64,000 nt of DNA from Mobula hypostoma. Taxonomy: Eukaryota. The stretch covers positions 131,504,001 to 131,568,000 of the forward strand of contig NC_086097.1 in the NCBI RefSeq assembly GCF_963921235.1, written 5' to 3'. Of this stretch, positions 24,468-37,211 are shown one piece after another. The notes below the pieces were generated by a model. The model ran no database searches. It had not been told where the DNA came from and saw only the letters and a program-made list of their open reading frames with translations. The position numbers and the translations under genes were made by a program. Positions within the stretch are counted from its first letter, which is position 1, and the number at the start of each line of letters is the position of its first letter.

Positions 24468-24919
24468 AGATATGATGAGGATTGCATCTGCTACCACTTC
24501 TCTTCCAGAAATGCCCATCTTGGATTAACTCCTCTTTCAGACTGGATTTCCAGTCTGTTCTTCTTCAATACTTTCTGTTTTCCAGTGTTTCTGACAAGTT
24601 ATTTATTAAAACTCACTTTCACGTCCACATCCTCTCCTTTGCAACTATTTCTGAAGATGTTATTAACAGTCATTGACCTTAAGTTTTAACTCTCTTTTCC
24701 TGGGAGATCTGCTGAATATTTCCAGCACCTGCAGCTATTTTTGCTTTTAGATTACACAGCAGTAGGGTTTGCTGCGTAGAAGCTGTCCACAGTGATCTGT
24801 AGCCTTAAAATCCTTCTCCGTTCCTGCCAACTCACTATCTCCTTCCTTCCTCTTCTTCTTTAAATTGCACAATTTTCATAGCATACAGCACACTCACATT
24901 CACTGAGGCAGTGAGTGTT

Positions 24920-25480
24920 AGAGCAAGAAGTCATGTTGCAGTTGTATAAAACTTAGGTTAGGTTGCACTTGGGGCATTGAGTGCATTCATGATTACTCCA
25001 TTGTAAAAAGGACGGGGAGCCTTCGGAAAGAGTACAGAAGAGGTTTACCAGAATGTTGCCTGGATCAGAGACTTTGAGCTAAAAGAGGAGGTTGAGCAAA
25101 CTTGGAATGTCATCTCCAGAGACTGAGGGGACATCTGATAGAAGTTTATAAAATTATCAGTGGCATCGATAGGCTGGACAGTCCGAATCTTTCTCTGAGA
25201 GTAGAAATTTCAAATTCTAGAGTACATGCGGTTCAGGTTCAGGTGACAGAGGAAGGTTTAAAGGAGTTGGGAAGCAAATATTGTAGAAAGTGGCAGGTGC
25301 CTGAAACAAGCTGCCAATGCCAATGGTGGATATAATAATGGCATTTAAGAGGCTTTTAAATAGGCACATGAATATGTATGGATTGGGGGACATGGCTCAT
25401 GCACAGGCAGAAGGGATTAGTTGGCATTGTGTTTGGCACTGAGGTTGTGGGCCATGGGGTTTCCTGTGGTGTTCTATGTT
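24920..25480 (+). mobile_element. CR1 LINE 3' fragment
   Basis: QRLRGHLIEVYKIISGIDRLDS in ORF 25102-25335; gagtacagaagaggtttaccagaatgttgcctgg (RVQKRFTRMLPG). Confidence 0.85.
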
Positions 25481-25950
25481 CATCCAGAGTTTGGTTTGAA
25501 GATTCTTGTGGTCAATACTTGTTGAAGGTCAGATACTTTTGTCAGGAATACAAGCACGAATTTGAGCTGTGTTACAATGGCACTGTTATTAATCTTTCCT
25601 ACTCGGTCAGAATGAATGCACCCATGTGGGCTCCGCTGGGTCAGGTGTAGAAGAAACAGTGACTCTATCCGAGAAGCAGCATTTAAGTGAGGCGTGATTA
25701 AGTTTTTAATAAACTAGAAGGTAAATTTTGTTCCTTATTGTCGTCATAACTGTTTTAGTACATTTTTAAAAATCTATTCAAAATACGTAATTGATTTACT
25801 TGTTTATTTATTATTATGTTTTATTTCATTTTATTAATTATTATTACTTTTTTCTCTCTCTGCTGGATTATGTATTGCATTGAGCTGTTGCTGTGAAGGT
25901 AACAAATTTCACGTCATATGTCGGTGATAATAAACCTGATTCTGATTCTG

Positions 25951-26470
25951 AGTGGTAGTGGGGATAAGCTCCCACTACCTATTAAATGCTCCCCATGGTA
26001 CGTAACCATAAAGATGTTCTGGTAACCAAGTCCATCTCCTGGCCTTCACGTGTGGCTTAGCTACTAAGCCCAGTGGATCCATTTCTACTGCAAGCAGAAG
26101 GGGCAAAGGTGTGTTACCGGCGCCTCAAAACTAGTCACACGCTGTGGACAGATGGGACTTGTCAGCCCTGGTTGGCAGCTAATCTAGGAGAAGGAAAACT
26201 GATCTCAACTCCCTGCTGCCTTCTGGCTATACCTGCTCATGGGAAAGGCTCAGGAGTAAACCCCAAAGAAAAATCTGGAGTTGGAGTCCCTACAGTAGTC
26301 CTATGTTGAGTTCAATTCTGATGCGCAACTCTTGCAACACTGCTGCTGCCAAACTGTGTTGATCTCTGCCGTTCCTTTAGATTCATCATCTGCGTGGAGA
26401 GGAGCAGCCTACTACATGGGCAATAGCTTGCTCTCCATATTGTACTGGCTTGGCTTGCATTCTGGCTTGC
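25951..26470 (+). mobile_element. Non-autonomous RTE-derived element, copy 1
   Basis: Homologous to the reverse complement of 27854-28446 (gtggtagtggggataagctcccacta, tgtggcttagc, ggcagct...ggagaaggaaaact). Confidence 0.7.
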
Positions 26471-27519
26471 ATATCACATAGACAGTACCCATGGACCTCA
26501 GAAGGTCATTGAATGCAACTGATTCAGTGAGATGCAACATATCCCATTGAAGCATAAGCTTTCCGCTAGGGGTAGAAGTTTGCTGAGTTTGTGAAGCAGC
26601 GTGGCAACTTTGCATTTTGGATCTTGGAGTTTTGAAGGGAAGATTTGTCCTTGCACAGGGGGTGACCTGGATTTGATCCTGACCTCTTGTGGAATCTGTG
26701 TGGAGTTTTTAACCACTTCCCTGTGGATTTCCTCCAGGTCCTCTGTGTCCTCCCATCTCCCAAAACATTTCCCTCGGCACTGTCGGAGAGCTACCCTGGT
26801 GTTGTAGCTGATTGGTAGATCTGGAGAGAATGAATCAGGGTATAAGAGATATAAGCTGTAAGATGAGGTTGTGCAAACTTGTGTTGTTTTCTCTGGAGTT
26901 TCAGAGACCAGTGAGTGACCTGATAGAAGTTCATAAAATTATGAGAGGTGAGAGCAAAGATATGGTAGATAGTTCGAGTTATTTCCTAGGTAAGAAATCT
27001 CAAACATGAAAATGCTTAGCTTTAAGATGGGAGGGAGAAAGTTTAAAGGAGATTTAATGTTGCAGTTTCAGGAACACACTGCTGGGGAAGGTAGGGGAAG
27101 CAACATTGAAGAGGCACATGAACATGCAGGGAATGAAAGTATACAGACCACAGCATAGATACCGCGGGCGGAAGTGCCTGTTCCATATTCTATCTTCTAA
27201 AGTGGGGAGAGTAAAATGGGATTGGTAGGTAAGTAGTCTCAATGGGCTGACAAGATTGCTTCTGTGCTGTATGACTCTAGGATTCTGGAAATGTGGGATA
27301 TATCATCCCTCTAGGATTCTGGAAATGTGAGATAGTGCAGATACATACTTGATTGCCAGCATGATGGTGTGATTCTCGATGGATCTATGTTTCAGATTAC
27401 GTAACATCTTTCACCTTCCTGTCAAGGAATCCCACAGCACTTTAATAATAACTGATGCATTTTTTGAAACTGTAGCTGCATTAGAACCATGGCAACCAAT
27501 TTCCGTGCAGAAGGACAAC

Positions 27520-28680
27520 TTCTACAGATGTATTATTATGAGACTTTTGACTGGTTGCGTCATTGTGTGATGCAGCAAGAACACGAGAGGCTGCAGAGAG
27601 CCTGGTCCATCATAGATATAGCCCTCCCCACCATTGAAAGCATCTACAGGAGGCATAACCCCAAGTAAATGGCATCTATCATCCCGAATCTCCACTATCC
27701 AGGTCATGTCTTCTTCTCGTTGCTACCAGCAGGCTGGAGGTAGGAAAGCTTGCAGTCCCACACCACCAGGTTCAGGGACAGATCTTTCCGACAACCATCA
27801 GATTCTTGAACTGACCTCACAACCATAATCTTATCGCAGTAACTTAACACTAATTGTAGGCAGCCGTCGATTCCAGGGGAACATAGGTTTGTGCCTCTGG
27901 TGGAATGTGTGCAAGCCTGGGTGGGAAGGTTTGACGAACCGGCTGTTGCCCATGCAGTGGGTTCCCCCTCTCCACGTCACTGATGTAGTCCAGGGGAAGG
28001 GCAAGCGCCGATACAGCTTGGCACCAGTTTCATTGTAGAGGTTGCCAGAGTGAAGTTGTAAACAACATCAAACTGACTTAGGGATCCTGGCTCCAGATTT
28101 CTTCCTCAGGGTATACTGCTGAAGCCTTTCCCATGGTTGGGTATGGCCATAAGGCAGCAGAAGTTTAAAATCAGAGTTTTCCTTCTCCTGGGTGAGCTGC
28201 CGTCCAAGGCTGACGAGCCCCACCTGCCCGAAGAACTGGATTTGAGGTGCCAGTGGTCTGCCTTTGTCCCTTCTCTTGTCGGTAGAAACAGTTCTGCATA
28301 GCGTAGTGGCTAAGCCACACATGAAATCCAAGAGTTGGACTTGGTTGTCAGAGGCCTTTAGAGTTGCACACCATTTGGAGCACTTTACAGATAGTGGGAG
28401 CTTATCCCCACTACCACCCCTGGCTATGACAACTTTAGGAACCACATAACACTAAGGGCCATCTTTAGTACTTGTTTCTGATTGTGTGTCTCTTTTGCAT
28501 TAATGTTGTTTTTCACAGCCCATTTTCTTCACTGCCTGGTGTATTTTTATATGTAATTTATATTCAGAGTGTTGTCTGAACCTACGTGCCTGCAGTGAAG
28601 CTGCGAGCAAGTTTTTCATTGTTGCTACACCTCACTGTACTTGTGCACATGACAATGAACTGAACTTGACTTGACTTGCC
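27520..28680 (+). mobile_element. Rex1-type LINE 3' fragment, split by the element at 27854-28446
   Basis: FYRCIIMRLLTGCVIV; ccaggtcatgtcttcttctcg; tail tgacaatgaactgaacttgacttgacttg. Confidence 0.7.
27854..28446 (-). mobile_element. Non-autonomous RTE-derived element, copy 2, with 9-bp TSD, inserted in a Rex1 tail
   Basis: TSD TAACACTAA at 27845-27853 and 28447-28455; its 3' end (...gacggctgcc) resembles the RTE 3' end at 33510-33545 (...gacagatgcc). Confidence 0.78.
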
Positions 28681-28846
28681 CTACAGTGCAGAATCCGCAA
28701 GAGAAATTGCTTATAGTCCTATTGAGCAAGGGATACACATTGGGCAGCTTACGGGGAAAAACTCTTTTATGCTTGCCCAAAGCAAAGACACGATATTTTT
28801 TTCATAAGTGCCTTTGAGAACAGAACATTTATTTTCTCACTTCAAG

Positions 28847-28858
28847 CATGGCAACTCT
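28847..28858 (+). other. Candidate 12-nt microexon CATGGCAACTCT
   Basis: atttattttctcacttcaAG|catggcaactct|GTGAGT in unique sequence; could instead be an RFX half-site or chance. Confidence 0.25.
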
Positions 28859-29435
28859 GTGAGTGTACGCCCTTCTCTTCCCCTTAACACCCTCTCCTTG
28901 CTCACAACCTTAGCATCTCTAAGTGCTTTACACCCAATGAAGACAATGAACCCAATTATACCCAAGTGTAGTTGCTGCTGCTGTGCAAAAAAATGCTTTT
29001 GGCAATTGTGTGCAGAGGAAGGTCCCAAAACTACTCTTGTTCTCGTTGTTCACTTGTTCTTGTATAAGACCATGACAACTAGTCGAGAGTGTTGCAATGT
29101 GTGTGGAGCTGACTAATTAGACCAACCTGCGCTTGAAGGATCCTTTTATACATTTGGCAGAGGTGTTATGATGCTGTGGCATCTGTGGTACTTCATTATT
29201 GAGACTGCCTTTTCTTCTTTGTTTCCTCATTTGAATGAGTACCGCTTTCAAAGCAGGTATGCCAAACGGGGCAATCCAATGCTTGTTTAAGTGGTATGTG
29301 CTGAAGCTGAAGCTCGTCAGGAGTGTCCTAAAAGAGTCTTTACACCTCTTTTTCTGCTCATATGATCATTTGCTCTCGGTCAGCTCTCCATAAAATAGTT
29401 GCCTTGGTATTCTGGCATCACACACTCTTCTAACA

Positions 29436-29665
29436 AAACAAAAAGCAGACTGCTGGAGGAATTCAGCAGGTCAGCAACATCTATAGAAGAAAAATGGATA
29501 GTTGACATTTTGGGTTGAGACCCTTCATCTGGATTGGATGAAGGGTCTTGATCTGAAATGTTGCCTTTCCGCTTCCCTCCACAGATGCTGCTCGTCCCAC
29601 TGGGTTCTTCCACCAGAATGTTAGCTGCTCCAGATTCCACAGTCTGCAGTTCTTGTGTCTCTATT
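29436..29665. repeat. Head-to-head palindromic PLE-terminus element (older subfamily), centred on the hammerhead core
   Basis: ...gagacccttcatc|tggattg|gatgaagggtcttg...; arms ctgctggaggaattcagcagg...atctatag vs cacagatgctgc...ttcttccaccag. Confidence 0.8.
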
Positions 29666-29951
29666 CTTCTGACATGTCCTGCCTAACGGATCTGCGATTC
29701 TTTTAGCAATGTATAAATGCTAGAGAGGTTTGTTGCTCTGTGACTGGAACCCAGCTTTACCACTTGATATGGAGTAATCTTCCCAGATGATTTATGTCTG
29801 TAATAACGACCTGATAATTTTTGTCAGGGTACCTGGACACTGGGGATAAGCACTTAGCTCTTTTTTGAAACTGTTGGCTCTGACCAGCACTGCCTTAGAG
29901 GAGTGGGGAAAGCGAGAGAAGCAATCGTATTTCTCAATTTCTACATCCCAG

Positions 29952-29990
29952 GCGCTGGGCTCTGGGTCATCAGCTGTGGCTGAAACACTG
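29952..29990 (+). other. Candidate 39-nt exon (ALGSGSSAVAETL in phase 0)
   Basis: atttctcaatttctacatcccAG|gcgctg...acactg|GTAGGT; length divisible by 3; unique sequence. Confidence 0.3.
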
Positions 29991-31599
29991 GTAGGTGTGC
30001 TGGCTTGTCGCTCAATCACACGGCAAGGATGAAAGAGCAGGAAATGGCTGACATAACCCTCCAGGAAATATTTGTTGAAGAACAGCACAACATCAAATAG
30101 TGCTAATTAATTCTCAGTTTCCTTAAATGGTTGAGACCACAGGAGTAGCACAAACCCTGTGGAGTTGCCATTGGCCATTTTGTCCCAGACACTAAGCATC
30201 TATTAAAGGTGGTCTTTTCTTTCTCACAAGTTCCTCCTCAAGGTACAACAAAATACTGGGACACTTGCTGGAGTGCCATAATATACTGTCAGATGAACTC
30301 AAGAAAATAGGAGCAGGAATAGGTCACTTGGCCCTTCAATCCTGCCCTGCCACTCAGTATGATCAAGGCTGATCTGTCAAAGGCCTACACTCCTCCCCTG
30401 TGCCAGTTCTGCATAAGTATCAACACCCAAATTTTTGGACTTTAAGTATTTTTTCAAAGAATACAGACTCATCCTATCTTGAAGGGACAATCCTTTCACC
30501 CCAGCCAGCTGAATTTCCTTTAAATTGCTCTTAAAGCTGCTTATATGGTTTCTTAAATTGGTGTAATATGTACAGTACTGTGGTACAGTGAAAAACGGTC
30601 CACACAGATGGATTAATTACGACAGTGCATTGAGATAGTATGAGGTAAAATGGTAACAGAATATAGAATAAAATGTTACAGTGTAGAGCAGGTAGACAGT
30701 AAGGTGAAAGTCAGTACTCAGCATGTTCCATCATTGGGGTAGAGGTACAACGCCCCCAGCATTGAGGACATTTATAAGACGTCACTAAGAGGTGATGCCT
30801 CAGGAATGCAACACCCATCACCAGGTAGCCCCACTATCCAGACCATGTCCTCTTCTTGATGTTTCCCTCAGACAGGAGGTACAGGATCCTGAAGACCTAC
30901 ACCTCAAGGTTCAACAAAGGCTTCTTCCGAAATGCTAAGGGGTTTTTGAACTGACCTGAAAAACCATAATACTCTACCTTGGACTATATTTCATTTTCTT
31001 CCTCTCAACTTGAATTAATGTCACTATGTCAATTCTGCCATATAAATATGATTTATGTTGCTTTTGGTAAGTTTGTCATGTTTGTAATGTATGTGCTACT
31101 GCTGCAAAAAGCTAATTATGGCATTTTTACCCCGTAAAAAAATATATATACTTATGACAATAAATTTCAACAAAACTGTCCACAGTGCTCTAGCACCCTG
31201 TCATCCTTGTACACCAACTATGTGATTGGGGAAGATCTCAGTCTGAATTCAATCCTATCCTCATCTGTTATTCAGTCCAGCAAGTGTTACATATTTCCAT
31301 TTGTAAAGCCACTTTTACTCTTTGCTGTAAAAGACAAATGATTGGAAGAACCCAATGAATTGATCAGCATCTATGGATGCAATGGTTTATAGATGGTTGA
31401 AGACTTGGGTCAAGACCCTGCATCAAGAGCCAAATGTAGGAGCTTTTAAGCCTCAGCTACAGAATTTGCACCTCCGATGGAAAACTGGAATCAGGTTGTA
31501 AACTAATTTTTGTGAAGTTGCTGTTGTTTTAGTTTTGCATTATGCCATGTTGGACTATTGTCATTAACTGCTCTGGAAATTTGGAAATATACTGATGCA

Positions 31600-32190
31600 A
31601 TGGTCAAGAAAACTCCTGTGCCTCCCCAGGAGGCTGAAGAAATTTGACATGTCCCTTTTGGCCCTCACTATTTTTTTATAGATGCACATTAGAAAGCATA
31701 ACAACTCGATGCATCACAACTCGGTATGACCCAAGACCTTAAACTGTAAAGAGTTGTGAGTGTTAGGAAAAGAAGCCTCCCCTCCAGAACGTTGTCTACA
31801 TTTACTAAAGCATCCAACATAATCAAAGACCCCTCCCAGCATGAACACCCTCTCTTCTCCCTGTCCTATCAGGCAGAAGATACAAAAGTCTGAAAGCACG
31901 TACTGTCAGGCTCAAGGCGAGTTTCTATCCTGCTGTTACAAGACTACAGGAATGGAAGTTTTGGATGATAATACAGACTCGATCTCACAATCCACCTTGT
32001 TATGGCCTTGAACTTTATTGTCCGGCTGCACTGCACTTTCTCTGTAACTGTAATGCTTTATTCTGCAATCTGTTTTTGCCCTTCTTTGTACTACCTAAAT
32101 GTACTGATGTAATGAAATGATCTGTCTGCATGGCAAACAAAGCAAAGTTTTTCACTGTACCTGTGTTCATCTGACAATAATACACAAATT
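31600..32190 (+). mobile_element. Rex1-type LINE 3' fragment
   Basis: aggaggctgaagaaatttgacatgtcc...aagcatccaacataatcaaagaccc...aggctcaaggcgagtttctatcc plus tail. Confidence 0.75.
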
Positions 32191-33507
32191 ACCAGCTCCA
32201 TGCCATGGAGAATACATGATTGAGACAGACTGGTGAAATAAGTCCCGGATGTTTTTGTACTCTCTGACCCCTGCCCTGATCTGATATCCAGAGTATGGTA
32301 ATTTCCCCAGTAACTGTAAGTATCTGACATACAAACTATAGGCAACTTGCTGTAGTTGTCCCATTAAATGAGGCTGCAGTGCATTTTGTGTGCTAACTTA
32401 CTTGGGGTGAAGGGTGGTAAATGTGAAAGAATGTGTTTGATGAATGCATGCAGTAGGATTGTGGAGTCATACATCATGATAATGGGCTCTTCAACTCAAG
32501 GAGTCCATTCTGACTATCAAGTACCCATTTGTAATCCTACTCAAATCCCATTTTATTCTCTGTACATTGCCCCCTACTGTCCATATGCTGACATGTTTGA
32601 CGCAACTTGGAGGCTATTAACCAATCAGGTTGTTTTTTTGGATGTCGGTTGAAACAGGAACATCCAGAGGACTACCAAGAAGAAGGTTTCTAGCTCCACG
32701 TGGATGAGAGGGCAGATTGCAGTGGGATCTCTGGGGCTGTGAGACAACAGCTCTACCACTGCATCACTGTCCCACCTATTACAGCAAGACAAGCAAATGA
32801 AAGATAAAACAAAGATTAGGTTTATTTGTCATAGGTACATTGAAACATGGAAACATACAGTGAAATGTGTTGTTTGCATCACCAACCAACACTGTCCAAA
32901 TATACGCTATGGACAGCCTGCGAGTGTCGCCCTGCTTTCGGTGCCAACGTAGCATGCCGGGAACTTACTAACTCTAACTTATATGTGTTTTTGAACGAAG
33001 GAAGAAACTGGAGCACTTGGAGAAAACCAACAAACCCAGGTGGTCTTTAGGAAAATATACAAACTCCTTGCAGACAGCAGTGGGAAATGAACCCCAATCT
33101 TATAGCTGGTGCTATATGCTGACAGCTTCGCTCCCATTCTGCCCAAATGCAATGCTCTACTTGCCCACCAACTGACTTGTATGCATTAGTCAGTGATCAG
33201 ACTGATAGCTGGCTCACAAGGGCAACAAAAATGCATTAAAGAATTTGCAATCCCAAATGTGGCTTCAGGAAGATCTGGAGGAGTTTTAAACCAAGAGTTG
33301 TGGTCACACATTTCTGCAATGTACTCTTAGTAAGACAGTAGCACATGATAACATACACAGGAACTGTTTGAGAGTGAAATAAATGTAATTAATTTTAGTC
33401 TGTCAGAACCTGTGATCCCTCAGTCCCACTATGAGCAGAATCTAAGGAGGCAATTCAGTGAGATACCATGACAGTGGTGTTCCACTGTGTTTTCTTGTGG
33501 CAATGCA

Positions 33508-34143
33508 TATGGTGGTGGCATCTGTCAGTCTCGCGAGACCATGGATCTGCGCCTGGAAAGTCTTGCTTCAGTCTGTGTTAGAGCGACGTCTGTTGTGGCT
33601 GTAGAGGCCCATACGGGAGTGACAGTCTCGGCTGGAACGACTGCACTCCAGTGTTGTCTTGGCACTGTTTTTCCGACGAGTGCGCTTTTCTTCAGCAGCA
33701 AGCCTCAGCTTCTCCTCTCCTCTTTTTAGATCTCTGCGTAGTTTCAGCCTCCAGTGAGAGCAATCGCTTGCGATGTCCTCCCACCTCTCGACGTTCATTT
33801 TCAGTGACTTCATGTCTCTCTTGCAAACGTCTTTGAAACGAAGATGGGGCCGCCCCTGTGCTCTCTTGCCGGAGGCCAGTTCCCCATACAGCAGGTCTTT
33901 CGGGATCCTCCCGTCTGACATGCGGTGTACGTGGCCCAGCCAGCGGAGATGGCGTTGTTGGAGCAGGGTGAAGAGGCTGGGTTTTTGGGCGCAGACCAGG
34001 ACCTCATTGTTGGTGACTCGGTCAGTCCACATGATGTCCAGGATGCGTCACAGGCTGCGAAGGTGGAAGGCGTTGAGACGCTGCTCTTGTCTGTAGTAGA
34101 GGCTCCAGGTCTCACTGCTGTAAAGCATACATTTAGGCAAAAT
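33508..34143 (-). mobile_element. RTE-clade (BovB-like) LINE 3' fragment
   Basis: WTDRVTNNEVL...LRWLGHVHRMSDGRIPKDLLYGELASGKRAQGRPHLRFKD in ORF 33568-34032. Confidence 0.92.
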
Positions 34144-34144
34144 T

Positions 34145-34600
34145 GAGGGGGGGTGGTGGTGGAGGGAGCTGAGAGAGAAGGGTAGCTGGGACAGAGATGG
34201 GCTACAGGGAGAACAGAGTCAGGGAAAGAAGGACATCTACCTGCATGTGTAAGTAAATGAGAGAGATAAAGTGTGTGTGTGTGTGTGTATGTGTGTGTGT
34301 GAGGGGGGGGGAGGAGGGAGAGAGAGGAGAAATGAGAGAGAGAGAAGGAGCAAGGAGAGATGGGACATAGAGGGGGGGAAGTGAGAGGGTATGGAGAACG
34401 GGAGGAAGAGGGGAGTGTGAAAGTTGATGGGGAGAGAGAGAGGGGTAGAGAGGGGGCAAAGCAATGAGGGAGAGGCTGATAGAACAAGGAGCAAGGATGA
34501 AGTACAGGTTGAGAGATAAGGGAAACTGTGAAAGATGGCTTCAAGGAAGGGAAGAGAAGTAATAAAAGAGAGGAGGAGGGCAGGAAGAGAAAAGGCTGCA
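34145..34600. repeat. GA-rich low-complexity tract with embedded (GT)n
   Basis: Strong purine bias on the plus strand; GT run at 34271-34300. Confidence 0.85.
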
Positions 34601-35191
34601 CAGATTGAAGGGAATGTGAGTATGGCAGGGAGTTCAGTTAAATAGAATAGATTCATGGAATATGTAGCAGAGAAAATTAGAATAACCTCTCCATGACCTG
34701 GATTGGTCATTTCATATTTGTGAATCTGAGGTGATCTAAAATTTGAAAGTTGTTTATAAGATGGTAAGCAGCATAGATAGGATAGACAGCCAACACCTTT
34801 TTCCTACGATTGAAACATTCCAGTTCAATTCAATTTATTGTAGTTCAACTATACGCATGTATATTGCCAAACGAAACAACATTCCTCCAGGCCAAGGTGC
34901 ACAATACGGTCCTTATAACTTACACACACAACACATAAAGTAACATTACCACAAATAAACTATCAAATAATAAGGTAGATTTGCTTCACAAGTTAAAAAA
35001 TAAATGGTGTAATGTTTCTGCCTCTTCATACGTAATGAGACCTGAGTGGTGTCAGGGAGTTCAGTAGTCTTACGGCCTGGGGAAAAAGATGCTTCTTATC
35101 CCAGCAGTTCTTGTCTTAATGTTATGGTACCTCCTGCTGGTAGTAGGGAGTCAGCGATTGTTGGATGGAAGGGAGGGGTCTTTGAAAATGA

Positions 35192-35910
35192 TCGGGTTGG
35201 AAGATGTTGAATCATTGTAGGTAGAGCTAAAGAATTGCTTGGCTAAAAGGAACCTGATGGGAGTTTTATACAGAACCCCAAACAGTAGCAAGGATGTAGT
35301 CTACAAATTACAATGGGAGATAGGAAATGCATGCCAAAAGGGCAATGTTACAATAGTCATAGGAGATTTCAATATGCTGGTAGATTGGGGAAAATCGGAT
35401 TGGTGCTGAATCCCAAGAGGAGGAGTTTCTATAATGCCTACGAGATGGCTTTTTAGAGCAACTCGCAGTTGACCCCAGTAAGGATTCAGCTATTCTGGGT
35501 GTTGTGCAATGAACCGGAATTGATTAGAGACCTTAAGGTAAAAGAACCCTTAAGGGTAAGTGATCATAATATGATCAAATTCACCTTGAAATTTGAGAAG
35601 GAGAAGCTAACATCAGATATATCAGTGCAAACAGTGGAATAAAGGAAATTACAGAGGCATGAGAGAGGATTTGGACAGAATTCATTGGTAAAGAACACTG
35701 ACAGGGATGATGGGAGAGCAGCTATGGCTGGAATTTCTGGAAGCAATTTGGAACGCACAGGATTTATACATCCCAAAGAGTAAGAAGTACTTGAAAGGCA
35801 AGATGACACACAAGAGAAGTCAAAGCCAACATAAAAGCCAGAGCTGGCCCAGATAAAGATAGAACAAAAATTAGTAGGAAGTTAGAGGATTGGGAAGCTT
35901 TTAAAACCAA
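35192..35910 (+). mobile_element. CR1 ORF2 internal fragment (APE endonuclease region), degenerate
   Basis: ctgatgggagttttatacagaaccccaaacagt (LMGVLYRTPNS), ggagatttcaat (GDFN), ggtaagtgatcataatatg (SDHNM). Confidence 0.82.
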
Positions 35911-35911
35911 C

Positions 35912-37211
35912 GTTTACAATGTGAAGACTAACAAGAGACATGCATTATGGTTTACACCTGAAGTGAGCGGCAAATTAATTAAAATGGAATTGGATACTGA
36001 CACAGCTGTTTCAGTTGTGACACAAAATTAGTTTGAAAGGCATTTCAAAGATATTGAACTGAAGCCCACAAATATTCAGCAATAACCTTTACTGGAGAAA
36101 AGATAACTTTTGTGGGAATGGCACCAACAACAGAAGCACAAACGCAGAGATGGGGTCTGTTTCTCGGAGGTCACCATTACAAGATTGAATTCAAGAGGAT
36201 GACTAATGATGGATTGTCCTGTTTAGGCTCGGAAAAGGAAATACTTGAAAAATTTACATCAGAGGACACTGCTCTTGACTTAGTCTCGCGACTGCAAATT
36301 GAAAGTCTCTCCATTACGGTAGAGATGTTCTAGAGGGAAATTAGAAAAACACCCCACACTGTCTCCAATCTACATGGCCACCCAAAATGGCTGGAATGCA
36401 CAGCAGAAATCCCAGTCTCTACATTTTACCAAGGCCGGGATGAATTTGCCCTTGACAGGGGTTACCTTATGTGGGAATTGAGAGCTGTATCGTCCATGCT
36501 GAGAGCTAAAACGTTGGAGGAGCTACATACTGGTCATCTAGGTGTGGTCAAAATGAACGTGTTGGCTCAAAGCTTTGTATGGTGGCCTGTGATAGATCAG
36601 CAGATCGAGCAACTTGCCGTGCACAGCCTGGGATGCCAGCACATCCAGAAGAAAGGTGTCCAGGGCTGTCAGAACCACTTCCTGCAGTCCCAGAGGCAAC
36701 TCTTACAACCGCCAGAGGAGGAGGCCCCAGAATCTGAGATTGTTTCACAGCCACAAGTCTCTCCTGCCATGCAGAGTGACTCCCCCTTATCAAGAAAGCT
36801 CTTATGCCACAAGAGTAAGAAATCCTCCACAGCAATGAAATCTTTAGGCCTGAGTGGGACAATTTAAAATTTACTATCATGTGGATGTCTGTGTAGCTGT
36901 TGTATTACATAGTATACTGTGTATATGTTGAGATATATTCTATATTGAATTGGAGTTTATAACTAAGCTGGGAGGAGTGTTGTGTATTTAATATTTCAGT
37001 AATATTTGAGTAATATTGTAAATATATTGTTTGATTAAGCATTCTTGTTCGTTTAATTCATTACAGTTTTATATAAAAGTATGTGAATGATGTATGTCAT
37101 GCCATATATGCCTGTCTTGCTAAAAGTAAAAATGAAACTAAGACATGTATTCAGGACTCTTCATGCTTTGCTTCTGATTAGTTTTATGTTTTGAAGTTAC
37201 AAAACATAACA
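35912..37211 (+). mobile_element. Internally deleted Ty3/Gypsy LTR retrotransposon (protease, integrase zinc-binding region, polypurine tract, 3' LTR)
   Basis: aaaatggaattggatactgacacagctgtttcagtt (KMELDTDTAVSV, aspartic protease); LEELHTGHLGVVKMNVLAQSFVWWPVIDQQIEQL...GCQ; purine tract gggaggag directly before TGTTGTGT. Confidence 0.85.
36978..37211 (+). repeat. Gypsy 3' LTR (about 234 bp)
   Basis: Starts TGTTGTGT right after the polypurine tract and ends ACATAACA (7/8 inverted termini, TG...CA). Confidence 0.75.

Noticed and set aside
29792..30088. 98-aa minus-strand ORF as an exon
   Set aside because: No recognisable homology, weak donor (GTACCC) and no good acceptor; a plus-strand candidate in the same interval has better splice signals
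33810..34710. 263-aa and 157-aa minus-strand ORFs
   Set aside because: Read-through of a CT-rich low-complexity tract and an off-frame part of the RTE fragment
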